The translations under genes were made by a program, and so were the position numbers. Positions 1 through 9,718 of a DNA stretch of 64,000 nt are shown here, in pieces. This DNA is from an uncultured Clostridia bacterium (GTDB taxonomy: Bacteria; Bacillota; Clostridia; Oscillospirales; Oscillospiraceae), in NCBI GenBank assembly GCA_947572235.1, contig CANPBB010000001.1, forward strand, positions 1,620-65,619, read 5' to 3'. Under the pieces are notes generated by a model, which was given only the letters and a program-made list of their open reading frames with translations, made no database searches and was not told the origin of the DNA. Position 1 is the first letter of the stretch; each line of letters opens with the position of its first letter.

Positions 1-17
1 TAGTATTTTTCTTATTA

Positions 18-905
18 ATGGAGGCGGGGGCTTTGACACTGCGGCATCTGCGGATTTTCCTTGCGGTCTGTCAGGAGGGGGCCGCCACGGCGGCGGCGGA
101 GAAGCTGTATATTGCCCAGCCCACTGTCAGCGTGGCCATTCGGGAACTGGAGCGGCACTACAAGGTCACGCTCTTTGACCGGATCGGGCGGCGGCTGTTT
201 CTTACGGAGGCCGGGGAGCAGATGCGCTCCTATGCCCAGCACATTGTCTCGCTGCTGGAGGAGATGGAGACAAGGGCGCAGGACTGGGAGGAGACCGGGA
301 CGCTCCGCGTGGGCAGCAGCATCACTATAGGCACGGTGGAGCTGCCGGGGATTGTGAAGCGGCTGCAGGAGCAGTATCCCAAGCTGCGCATAGAGGTGCG
401 CATCTGCAACTCCGACACCATTGAGGGGGCCATTTTGGGCAACGAGATTGACCTTGGACTGATCGAGGGACCCCACCGCTCCGGAAAGCTGGCGGCGGCG
501 GAGCTGTGGGGCGACGAGCTGGTTTTCCTCTGTCCTCCGGACCACCCCTTCGCCGGGCGGACCGTAAGCCCCGGGAAGGCGGGGCGGGAGCCCTTCCTCC
601 TCCGGGAGCGGGGCAGCGCCGGCCGGGACTTGGTGGAGTCCAGCCTGAAGTCCCACAACGTGGAGCTGCGCCCGCTGTGGCAGAGCATCAGCAACCACGC
701 CATCCTCAGCGGCGTGGCGGCGGGGCTGGGGCTGGCGGCGCTGCCGCTGTCCCTGGTCCAGCCGGCCATCGACGCCGGGCAGGTCTCCCAATTCTGGATG
801 GAGGGCGTTCGCTGCACCCGGCAGTTCCGGCTGCTCTACCACCAGAACAAGTACCTGACCCGCCCCATGCGGGAGATGATCCGCCTGTGTCAGGAGACCT
901 GGTGA
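18..905 (+). CDS. LysR-family transcriptional regulator
   Basis: 295-aa ORF. N-terminal LysR wHTH signature (LRHLRIFLAV...AAEKLYIAQPTVSVAIRELE) plus a substrate-binding-type C-terminal half. True start may be TTG at 33, just after GGAGG. Confidence 0.9.
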   Translation: MEAGALTLRHLRIFLAVCQEGAATAAAEKLYIAQPTVSVAIRELERHYKVTLFDRIGRRLFLTEAGEQMRSYAQHIVSLLEEMETRAQDWEETGTLRVGSSITIGTVELPGIVKRLQEQYPKLRIEVRICNSDTIEGAILGNEIDLGLIEGPHRSGKLAAAELWGDELVFLCPPDHPFAGRTVSPGKAGREPFLLRERGSAGRDLVESSLKSHNVELRPLWQSISNHAILSGVAAGLGLAALPLSLVQPAIDAGQVSQFWMEGVRCTRQFRLLYHQNKYLTRPMREMIRLCQETW

Positions 906-913
906 GGGAAAAT

Positions 914-952
914 AGCAGGGCCCGCGCTCTTGGAGCGCGGGCCCTGCTTTTG
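914..952 (+). terminator. Rho-independent terminator hairpin after the LysR gene (copy 1 of a duplicated hairpin)
   Basis: AGCAGGGCCCGCGCTC-TTGG-AGCGCGGGCCCTGCT followed by a T-run. Confidence 0.7.
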
Positions 953-958
953 TGCTGA

Positions 959-1141
959 TTAGGTGCGGGTATCCGGCAGGATTTCTGCGGAGGAGGGCTT
1001 GAGAAGAGTGATTTCTGGCTCGGAGGAGCTGATGTACATCTCCTCGCACCGGCGCTGGACTTGAATTAAGATGTTGATAGCGCGCTCGGTTTCGCGGACC
1101 ATCTCCAAATACATCTCTTTGTAATCGACCAATTTCATCAC
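959..1141 (-). CDS. Small hypothetical protein (60 aa) in an AT-rich cassette
   Basis: ORF divergent from the adjacent XRE gene. The SD sits very close to the start (GAGGTG-ATG). No domain recognised. Confidence 0.3.
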   Translation of the reverse strand: MMKLVDYKEMYLEMVRETERAINILIQVQRRCEEMYISSSEPEITLLKPSSAEILPDTRT

Positions 1142-1218
1142 CTCACACGCCTATTATAGTCAATATATTAGGCATAGTCAATAGTTTGATTATGGTAATG
1201 TTATTACAGGTGAATGTG

Positions 1219-1422
1219 ATGATTAGTTACCGGCCTTTTTATGAGACGTTACTTAAACGTGGTATAAGTGAATACCATTTGATATACAAAGAGGGATTTT
1301 CTGCCAATATCCTCCATCGGATGAAACATGGTAAGAATATTACCCTGAAAACATTGGATACTCTGTGCTTTATCCTCGATTGTGATATATCGGATATTAT
1401 TGAGTATGTTAAGGACAAGTGA
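1219..1422 (+). CDS. XRE/Cro-type helix-turn-helix protein (about 67 aa)
   Basis: MISYRPFYETLLKRGISEYHL...LKTLDTLCFILDCDISDIIEY is a typical short HTH protein. AGGTGA SD lies 5 nt before the ATG at 1219; the longer 1186 start lacks an SD. Confidence 0.8.
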   Translation: MISYRPFYETLLKRGISEYHLIYKEGFSANILHRMKHGKNITLKTLDTLCFILDCDISDIIEYVKDK

Positions 1423-1424
1423 GA

Positions 1425-1459
1425 AGCAGGGCCTGCGCTCTTTGAGCGCGGGCCCTGCC
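1425..1459. terminator. Terminator-like hairpin, near-identical copy 2 of the 914-948 hairpin
   Basis: AGCAGGGCCTGCGCTC-TTTG-AGCGCGGGCCCTGCC. About 32 of 35 positions match 914-948. Confidence 0.6.
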
Positions 1460-1462
1460 TTG

Positions 1463-1615
1463 TTACTTTTGATCTGCCGTGGTCACATACACACGGATAA
1501 TCTTTTTGATTTCCTCTACGGTGTAGGTTGTCTGTTCCGGTTTCTCGTCCAGGATGTCAAACAGATCGAATGCCATCGCCTTTCTGGTGTCCTGCCGTTC
1601 CGCTTCGGTTCTCAT
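1463..1615 (-). CDS. Small hypothetical protein (50 aa)
   Basis: MRTEAERQDTRKAMAFDLFDILDEKPEQTTYTVEEIKKIIRVYVTTADQK. GGGGGAGG SD lies 8 nt upstream. The longer 138-aa ORF reads through repeat DNA. Confidence 0.4.
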   Translation of the reverse strand: MRTEAERQDTRKAMAFDLFDILDEKPEQTTYTVEEIKKIIRVYVTTADQK

Positions 1616-1654
1616 AGGATAGACCTCCCCCACACAGATAAAAGCCCTCGGCAG

Positions 1655-1806
1655 AGTTTCGCGTCCGCAGACGCGAAATAAATTAAAATCATTTTTTCCG
1701 GAAACCGCGTTTTCGGAAAAAATTCCTCTCGCGGAGCGGAGTGTGCGAGCGTAGCGAGTGCATGGAGCGCAGCGCAACCCCTTCGATTGAAAGCCCAGCG
1801 AAGCGG
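1655..1806 (+). repeat. Interspersed repeat family B (about 150 bp), copy 1
   Basis: Aligns by eye over its whole length (roughly four fifths of positions) to the reverse complement of 49639-49792. Starts with palindrome TTCGCGTCCGCAGACGCGAA. Confidence 0.8.
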
Positions 1807-1818
1807 GTTTCAATCGAA

Positions 1819-2928
<1,110 letters not shown>

Positions 2929-2931
2929 GGT

Positions 2932-4650
2932 TCAAACCCCCTTTCTGTCCTTGGTGATCTCGGTGACGATGGTGTTGCAGACGATGATGATCACAATGGC
3001 GATGCTTCCCAAGGCGGCGGCCTGGGGGATCATGCCCGCGTCGCGGAGGGCGTAGATCTGCACGCCTAAGGTGCGGGTCTTGGGCCCGTAGAGGAGTACC
3101 GAGGTGGTGACCTCACGCATGGCCGGCAGGAAGATGAGGAAGAAGCCGGAGACCATGGCCGGGCGGATCAGGGGCAGGGTCACGTCCTTTAAGCTCTCCA
3201 TGTGGCTGGCGCCGCAGGTGCGGGCCGCCTCCTCCAAGGAGGGGTGGACCTGCAAGAGGGCGGCGGAGGAGCTCTTCATGGAGAAGGACAGATACCGGGC
3301 GATGTAGGCGATGAGGATGATCCACAGCGTGTTATAGAGGCTGATGCCGAACAGCGCGCCGGACCAGGCCAGAATCACGCCGATGGCCAGCACCGTGCCG
3401 GGGAGGGAGTAGGGCAGCACGGAGAGGATCTCCAGCGCCTCCTTGCCCTTGGGCTTGATCTTCTGCACCACGTAGGCGATGAGGGTGCCGAGGAACATAC
3501 AGATGATGCCCGCGCCTACGGACAGCATCAGGGAGTTGATGATGGAGCCCTTGGTGCCGTCGGCCTTGAAGACCTTGAGGTAATTGTTGATAGTGAAGTT
3601 CTCCGGGATCAGAGGCAGACCGTAGGCCCGGACCAGGCTTACCAAGAAGATCATCACCAGAGGCACCACCACAATGAGGACCAGGGTGGCGATGCACAGC
3701 ACCAGCAGGGGGGCCTTGGCGCCCCGGAGCTTGATGAGGGTGGGGCGCATGCTCTTGCCCTTGATGATGTCGTAGCTGCCGGAGGAGAGGAGCTTCTTCT
3801 GGAGGATCAGGGCCAAACCCACCACCACCACCAGCATGATGGACAGTGCCGCGCCCTGCCGGATGCCCTCAAAGCTGCCGCCGGTACGGGAGATGACGGC
3901 GTAGATCTTGGTGGGCAGGGTGAAGATGTTCTGGGAGAAGCCCAAGATGGAGGGTACGCCGAAGTGGGCCAAAGAAGTGGTCATAATGAGCAGGGCGCCG
4001 GCGGAGATGGCGGGGACCACCAAGGGGAGGGTGATCTTGCGGATGACGGTCATCTGCTTGGCGCCGGCGATGCGGGCGCACTCCTCCAAGGTGGGGTCCA
4101 TCCGCTCCAGAGCGGAGACCACCTGCATAAAGACGAAGGGGAAGTAGTAGGAGATCTCCACGAAGATGATGCCGCCCAAGGAGTTGATGTTTACCGGGGC
4201 GCTCTCCAGGTGGAAGACGCTGACTAAGAGCTTGTTGAGATAGCCGGAGCGGCCGTTGAGCAGCAGGTCCCAGGCCATGGCCCCAAGGAAGGGGGGGAAC
4301 ATGTAGGGGATGTTGAACAGCGCCCGCATGAGGCCCTTGGCCGGGATGTCGCTGCGGCCCAAGAGCCAGGCGTAGAAGGTGCCCAAGATGGTGCCTAAGA
4401 GTGTCACCCAGAAGGCAATCTTGATGGTGTTCCACATGGCCGAGAGGTTCCCGGGGTCGGTGAGCTGTCCGATGAACAGCTGGGGATCAAAGTGGCCCTG
4501 GAAGAAGAAGGAGTTGTAGATGATGGAGGCCACGGGGATGACCACCACGATTAGAAGAAGCACCACGCTGAGAACAGTCAGGGCGCCGTCCATGCTGAAG
4601 CGTTTGCCGTCAATGGCGGCCAAGTCACGGTTTTTGCGGCTGCGGCTCAT
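2932..4650 (-). CDS. ABC transporter permease, fused double MetI-type domain (iron(III)/thiamine-type FbpB-like)
   Basis: 572 aa, many TM segments, two permease repeats. ATGA overlap with the upstream ATPase gene. Confidence 0.9.
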   Translation of the reverse strand: MSRSRKNRDLAAIDGKRFSMDGALTVLSVVLLLIVVVIPVASIIYNSFFFQGHFDPQLFIGQLTDPGNLSAMWNTIKIAFWVTLLGTILGTFYAWLLGRSDIPAKGLMRALFNIPYMFPPFLGAMAWDLLLNGRSGYLNKLLVSVFHLESAPVNINSLGGIIFVEISYYFPFVFMQVVSALERMDPTLEECARIAGAKQMTVIRKITLPLVVPAISAGALLIMTTSLAHFGVPSILGFSQNIFTLPTKIYAVISRTGGSFEGIRQGAALSIMLVVVVGLALILQKKLLSSGSYDIIKGKSMRPTLIKLRGAKAPLLVLCIATLVLIVVVPLVMIFLVSLVRAYGLPLIPENFTINNYLKVFKADGTKGSIINSLMLSVGAGIICMFLGTLIAYVVQKIKPKGKEALEILSVLPYSLPGTVLAIGVILAWSGALFGISLYNTLWIILIAYIARYLSFSMKSSSAALLQVHPSLEEAARTCGASHMESLKDVTLPLIRPAMVSGFFLIFLPAMREVTTSVLLYGPKTRTLGVQIYALRDAGMIPQAAALGSIAIVIIIVCNTIVTEITKDRKGV

Positions 4651-5738
4651 ACCCCGGTCACCTCCTTTTTGGGATAGAAGCGGTAGTTGAGCAGGCGGAT
4701 GCCGGTCTCCGCGCCCTCGCGGACCACGCCGTACTTGGCGGCGTCCAAGGCGTTCTGCTGGACGCGGAGCTCCTTGCCGCCTAAGGTGACGAAGTAGTCG
4801 TACTCGCTGCCTAAGAACACCGAGCGGGTGACGGTGACTTTCAGCGGGGAGTCTGGGTCAAAGACAATATCGTTGGGGCGAACGCCCACCTCTAAGGGTT
4901 CCTTGGTGCTGAGGCCCTGGGGCAGGGAGGCATCGGGCCAAGGGAAGCGCCCCCCCTCGGGCTTCAGGCACAGCGTGCCGCCCTCTGCCTCCACGGGGAT
5001 GAAGTTGGAGATGCCGATAAACTCGAAGGTGAAGCGGTTGGAGGGGCGGAGGATGATGTCCTCGTCGGTGCCGATCTGGCAGAGGGTTCCGTCGGGCTCC
5101 ATAATGGCCATGCGGTCGCAGAGCTGAAGGGCGGACTGCTGGTCGTGGGTGATGTAGAGGATGGTGGTGCCGCTCTTGCGCTGGATCTCCCGGATTTCCT
5201 CCAGCATCTGCTCCCGGAGCTTGGCATCCAGGTTGGTGATGGGTTCGTCTAAGACGATGATGCTGCTGTTGCTCACTAAGGCACGGGCGATGGCCACACG
5301 CTGCTGCTGGCCGCCGGAGAGCTGGCTGGGCAGGTGGTTGGCGTACTCGCTCATGTTGACGAGGGCCAAGGTGTCCTTCACCCGCTGGGCAATCTCCGCC
5401 TTGGCCACCCGCTTTTTCTTCAGGGGGTAGCCCACGTTTTCGCTGACGGTCAGGTGGGGCCACACGGCGTAGTCCTGAAAGACGATGCCGATGTTGCGCC
5501 GCTCCACCGCCATGTTGACGCGGCGGCTGGCGCTGAAGAGGCAGGTGTCACCCACGTAGATCTCGCCGGTCTCGGGCTTGTTCAGGCCCAGAAGGCAGCG
5601 GACCAGCGTGGTCTTGCCGCAGCCCGAGGGGCCCACCAGACAGAGGATCTCGCCGTCGGCGATCTCCAAGCTGAAATCCTTCAGGATCTGGTTGCTGCCG
5701 TAGCGAAAGGAGATGTTTTTGAATGTGACGTTTGCCAA
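4647..5738 (-). CDS. ABC transporter ATP-binding protein (second NBD gene of the operon)
   Basis: GPSGCGKTT, LSGGQQQR, VLDEP motifs. TTG start behind GGAGGG. Confidence 0.92.
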   Translation of the reverse strand: MANVTFKNISFRYGSNQILKDFSLEIADGEILCLVGPSGCGKTTLVRCLLGLNKPETGEIYVGDTCLFSASRRVNMAVERRNIGIVFQDYAVWPHLTVSENVGYPLKKKRVAKAEIAQRVKDTLALVNMSEYANHLPSQLSGGQQQRVAIARALVSNSSIIVLDEPITNLDAKLREQMLEEIREIQRKSGTTILYITHDQQSALQLCDRMAIMEPDGTLCQIGTDEDIILRPSNRFTFEFIGISNFIPVEAEGGTLCLKPEGGRFPWPDASLPQGLSTKEPLEVGVRPNDIVFDPDSPLKVTVTRSVFLGSEYDYFVTLGGKELRVQQNALDAAKYGVVREGAETGIRLLNYRFYPKKEVTGV

Positions 5739-5789
5739 AAGATTCCCTCCTTACTTTGGTGTTTCTCTGGTTGGGGATGGGAGCTTATA

Positions 5790-5935
5790 TACGTCTTGCA
5801 GGGGCGGGTACCACCCGCCCGCTCTGACGCAGCACACGGTACTGTCGTGCGGGCGGATGATATCCGCCCCTACAAGGTGTCGGGTCCCGTATGACAAGGG
5901 TGGGGAAACCAAAGGTTCCCCCACCCTCTGTGGGT
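5790..5935. repeat. REP-like GTAG/GCAG hairpin cluster between the SBP and ATPase genes
   Basis: TGCAGGGGCGGGTACCACCCGCCCGC (5797-5822); GGGCGGATGATATCCGCCCCTACA (5859-5882, opposite orientation); GGGTGGGGAAACCAAAGGTTCCCCCACCC hairpin. Confidence 0.7.
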
Positions 5936-5961
5936 ATCGCGGTTTGGCCTTGGGGATGGGA

Positions 5962-7035
5962 TCAGGACAGGCCGAAGATCTTGTTGAAGTTCTCCAGATT
6001 GCTGCCGCTGTCGCTGGCCAGCTTGGCAAAGTCGCACTCCAGAATGGAGGGGATGGCGCTGAGGTCCACAGACTGCTCCACATCGCTGCGGACGGAGACC
6101 AGATTGTTGGCCACCAGGATCTCCTGACCCTCCTTGGAGAGGATGAAGTCATAGAGCAGCTTGCCGTTCTCCTCGTTGTTGCAGTCCTTCACCAGACCGA
6201 TGGGGCTGGCGATGGAGACGGTGTCCTCCGGGTAGAGGAAGGCGATGGGGGAGCCCTCCGCCACCAAGTTGGCGGTGACGTAGTCAAGGCACACGCCTAC
6301 CTGATAGGCCTGGGCGGCCAGCTGGTTGTGGGTGGCGGTGGTGCCGCTCTCCAAGAGGCAGCCGTTGTCCTTGAGCTTCTGCATGTAGTCGGCGCCGTAC
6401 TTGTCGGAGCACATCATGGCGTTCATCCAGTACTTGGTGGTGCCGGCGGTGCCCGGGTCGGACATGACGATCTGGTCCTTCCACTTGGGATCAAGCAGGT
6501 CGTTCCAAGTCTTGGGGGCGTCCTCAGGCTTTACGGTGACGGTGTTGTAGGCAATGCCCACGCCCACCAGACGGGCGGCGGTGTAGTAGCCCTCCGCGTC
6601 GATGTAGTTGGGGTCAAGGCCGGCGGCCTCGGGAGAGGAGTACTGCTGGAGGATGCCCTCCTCCTTGAAGGAGACGTAGTCGGCGGCGTCGCCCACCCAG
6701 ATCACGTCGGCGTCCACATGGCCGGCCTGGGCCTCGGTGGAGATCTTGGTGACCACCTTGCTGGTGCCGGCGAAGTAGTACTCCATGGTCACGCCGGGGT
6801 ACTTCTTCTCAAAGCCCTCCTTGATGGCCATCAGCTGGTCCTCCTGCATGGAGGAGTACAGCATGACCTTGCCGGAGTAGGTCTGCTCGGTGTTGTTGTT
6901 GCCGGTAGTGCTGTCGCCGGGGGTGCTGGCGTCGTTCTGGTCGTTGTTGCTGCTGTTGTTGTTGCCGCCGGAGCAGCCAACCAAGAGGGACAGCACCATG
7001 ATCATCGCCAGAAAGAGACAAGATAGCTTCTTCAT
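5962..7035 (-). CDS. ABC transporter substrate-binding lipoprotein (Fe3+/polyamine-type SBP)
   Basis: Signal peptide plus lipobox (LLVGCSGG), N/S-rich linker, periplasmic-binding-protein-like body. Confidence 0.88.
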   Translation of the reverse strand: MKKLSCLFLAMIMVLSLLVGCSGGNNNSSNNDQNDASTPGDSTTGNNNTEQTYSGKVMLYSSMQEDQLMAIKEGFEKKYPGVTMEYYFAGTSKVVTKISTEAQAGHVDADVIWVGDAADYVSFKEEGILQQYSSPEAAGLDPNYIDAEGYYTAARLVGVGIAYNTVTVKPEDAPKTWNDLLDPKWKDQIVMSDPGTAGTTKYWMNAMMCSDKYGADYMQKLKDNGCLLESGTTATHNQLAAQAYQVGVCLDYVTANLVAEGSPIAFLYPEDTVSIASPIGLVKDCNNEENGKLLYDFILSKEGQEILVANNLVSVRSDVEQSVDLSAIPSILECDFAKLASDSGSNLENFNKIFGLS

Positions 7036-7222
7036 TTTTTCCCTTACCTTCCTTTACTTAGTGTTGCGGGAGACGGAGAAAAGGCCCGAGGGCCTCCGGG
7101 GCGTCTCCCGTGTCTATCCTAATATATATGCGGAAAAAGTGGTAGTTTGAAATCTGAAAAATGGGAAAAAACAAAATTTCAAACCTGTCTGAGGCCTGTC
7201 CCAAAGGGGGGTGGGAAAAGTG

Positions 7223-7252
7223 TTGACAGATATTTGCCTCCCCAAGTATAAT
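7223..7252 (+). promoter_or_regulatory. Sigma-A-type promoter for the AraC-family gene
   Basis: TTGACA, 18-nt spacer, TATAAT, about 48 nt before the ATG at 7300. Confidence 0.5.
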
Positions 7253-7299
7253 GGTCTCAAAATACCGGGGGAGGCCCGCCGGGGGGAGGAGGATGCGTC

Positions 7300-9390
7300 A
7301 TGAAGCCAGATAGCCGGCCCACAGAGGCCAGTGTCATTCGGCTCCACAGCCGTCTGTTCCACGCGGGGATCTCCATCCTGCTGCTGCTGTCTTTTCTGGC
7401 CGTGTTCCTCTTCCTCTTTTTCCAGTTCCGCACCGCCACCTTCCAGAGCATCACTGCCGCCAACGACAGCTTCGGCAACTATGTGGACTCGGTGCTGGAG
7501 CTGACCAACGCCAACATCCGCACCTCCGCCATGCAGATGTTCTACACCTCCTCCATCCGCAACCTGCGCACCAGCGGGAGCCTCACTTGGAAGGAGCGGA
7601 CCATCGGTCAGCGGGATTTGGGCAGCTTTGTCAGCTCCAGCGCCTTTGTGGACAGTGTGATGGTCTACAACCAGAGGCTGGATATGGTCTTTACCTCCGA
7701 GGACAACTATGCCTCCGCCCCGGCGGGGCAGTTCCACGACCAAGAGGCGGTGGCGCTGCTGTCCCATCCGGAGGGACACTCCTATCTGATGCCCTTCAGA
7801 CGGCAGGAGGGGCAGAGCGTCCACTACGCCTTCCTTTTCTATGCCGAGGAGCCCTCCGGCCCCAGCGCCATGCTGATAGATGTCAACGCCAGGTGGTACG
7901 AGGCGCAGCTTCTGGGCAGCCTCTCCCGGGAGCGGCACATGATCGTGGATGGGGAGGGGCGGGTGGTGCTCCCCTCGGTGGAGGCGGCGGATCTGCCCCC
8001 TTGGGAGCTGTTTGAGGCGGCCATGGCCGATGGCGGCGGCAGCGGCTATGTCCTCCCTGAGGATTCCCTCTTCGTCTCCTCCTGCTGGGTCTATCACCTG
8101 CTGGATCAGACCGGGTGGTACTATTTGGAGCACTTCCGGCTGGAGGAGGCGGCTCCCGGCCTCTTTCAGGTGCAGCGGGTGGTGCTGGTGGTCTTTGCCG
8201 CCGTCAGTGCTGCGGTGCTGGCGCTGCTGCTGTATCTGTTCCTCTACATCCTGCCCCCCTTCTTCCACATCTCCCGCGCCTTGGATACCGCCAATTTGGG
8301 GGGACGGGACTCGGCGGAGAAGTTCAATGAGCTCCTCTCCAGCCATCGGGCCTATGAGGCCACCCGCAAGCTCCAGGAGCTGCAGACAGGGGTGTTTCCG
8401 CCGGACCTCTCCCTGCCGGTGGTGCTGATGACGGCGGAGGGGGAGGCGGGGGAGGTGCTCTCCGCCCATCTGCGGTACGGCTGCGGGACGCGGCAGCCGC
8501 TGGTGTCCCAAGGGGAGCTTCAGACCACACTGATCCTTCCCGCCTGCACCAGTATAGGGCGCAGCCAGATCCTCAGCACCCTGCGGGAGGCAAAGCTCCC
8601 CGCCCCCCTCTTTATCAGCACTCCCTGCTACTCCGGAAAGCAGCTGACGGAGGCCTTTCGGGCCATTGAGGAGCTGCAGCGCTTGGCTTTCCTGTATCCC
8701 GGACAGAGGGTGTTCTGTCAGGAGCTGCTGAAGGAGTGCAATACGCCCAGCGGTTTCTGCCCGGAGACAGTCTCGGCCATGGAGGCCGCGCTGAAGAAGG
8801 GACAGCTGGAGGTGGCGCAGGCCAAGTGGCTGCTGCTGTTGGGGGATATCCGGGGGGACCGGTACAGCGCCTTCACCTTCGCGATTCACTACGTGGACAA
8901 GATGCTCTCCGCCTTGGAGGCGGAGTGCGGGGCGGAGGGGGGCGGATCAATCGACGCCGCCCTCACCAGCCTCGGCGCCTTGCAGGAGCACATAGACGGG
9001 CGCCTGAGGCGGATTGCGGAGGCCCAGGCCGCCTCCCAGCAGCATCTCTCGGACATGCTCTGTGACGCGGTGTGGCGGGAGATTCACAGGCTCTACAACA
9101 ACGAGAACTGCTGCAGCCAGATGATCGCCGACCAGCTGGGGATGAGCCAGAGCTACCTCAGCCGGCAGTTCCGCTCGGGGACGGGGATGTCCATCAACGA
9201 CGCAGTGCAGCATGTGCGCATTGACAAGGTGTGCAAGCTCCTTGGGCAGTCCAGTCAGCCGGTGGAGCAGATCGCCCGGCAGGCGGGGTACAGCAATACC
9301 AAATACTTCTTTGTGCTGTTCAAAAAGTACACCGGAAAGACACCGGCCCAGTTTCGCAGCGAGCTTCCCGCCGCCGAGGGACAGGGATAA
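7300..9390 (+). CDS. AraC-family transcriptional regulator with N-terminal membrane/sensor region
   Basis: 696 aa. TM segments near the N-terminus and mid-protein. C-terminal AraC HTH (QIARQAGYSNTKYFFVLFKKYTGKTPAQFR). GGAGGAGG SD. Confidence 0.85.
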   Translation: MKPDSRPTEASVIRLHSRLFHAGISILLLLSFLAVFLFLFFQFRTATFQSITAANDSFGNYVDSVLELTNANIRTSAMQMFYTSSIRNLRTSGSLTWKERTIGQRDLGSFVSSSAFVDSVMVYNQRLDMVFTSEDNYASAPAGQFHDQEAVALLSHPEGHSYLMPFRRQEGQSVHYAFLFYAEEPSGPSAMLIDVNARWYEAQLLGSLSRERHMIVDGEGRVVLPSVEAADLPPWELFEAAMADGGGSGYVLPEDSLFVSSCWVYHLLDQTGWYYLEHFRLEEAAPGLFQVQRVVLVVFAAVSAAVLALLLYLFLYILPPFFHISRALDTANLGGRDSAEKFNELLSSHRAYEATRKLQELQTGVFPPDLSLPVVLMTAEGEAGEVLSAHLRYGCGTRQPLVSQGELQTTLILPACTSIGRSQILSTLREAKLPAPLFISTPCYSGKQLTEAFRAIEELQRLAFLYPGQRVFCQELLKECNTPSGFCPETVSAMEAALKKGQLEVAQAKWLLLLGDIRGDRYSAFTFAIHYVDKMLSALEAECGAEGGGSIDAALTSLGALQEHIDGRLRRIAEAQAASQQHLSDMLCDAVWREIHRLYNNENCCSQMIADQLGMSQSYLSRQFRSGTGMSINDAVQHVRIDKVCKLLGQSSQPVEQIARQAGYSNTKYFFVLFKKYTGKTPAQFRSELPAAEGQG

Positions 9391-9403
9391 AATAGAGGAT
9401 CGG

Positions 9404-9444
9404 GGGACAGGGCCGCGGCGTATCGGGCTCTGTCCCGTTTTTTT
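9404..9444 (+). terminator. Rho-independent terminator after the AraC-family gene
   Basis: GGGACAGGGCC...GGGCTCTGTCCC hairpin followed by TTTTTTT. Confidence 0.8.
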
Positions 9445-9718
9445 GAGCATCAGGGGGCGCTTGTCGGTTGCTTTTGTCCCGCGTTTGCGGTATAATTGAA
9501 ACCTGTCAATGTTTACGGCTGTGTGTATGGCAGAAGGCCCGCCCGGCGGACGGGGGGAAGGAGAGGTAAATTTAATGGGACGATGGGGTTCTTTGCTGCT
9601 GCTGTTGGCGCTCTGCGCCGCCCTGTGCCCCGGCGCGCCGGCGTCCGGGGGATGGGGGGAGCGGGAGCTGTCCGAATCCGGGCGGTTTGTCTTTGCCCGC
9701 TTCCGGGGGAGGTAGGCC

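Noticed and set aside
7114-8889. 591-aa minus-strand ORF opposite the AraC-family gene
   Set aside because: It is an antisense shadow with a low-complexity translation. It would run through the divergent promoter region.
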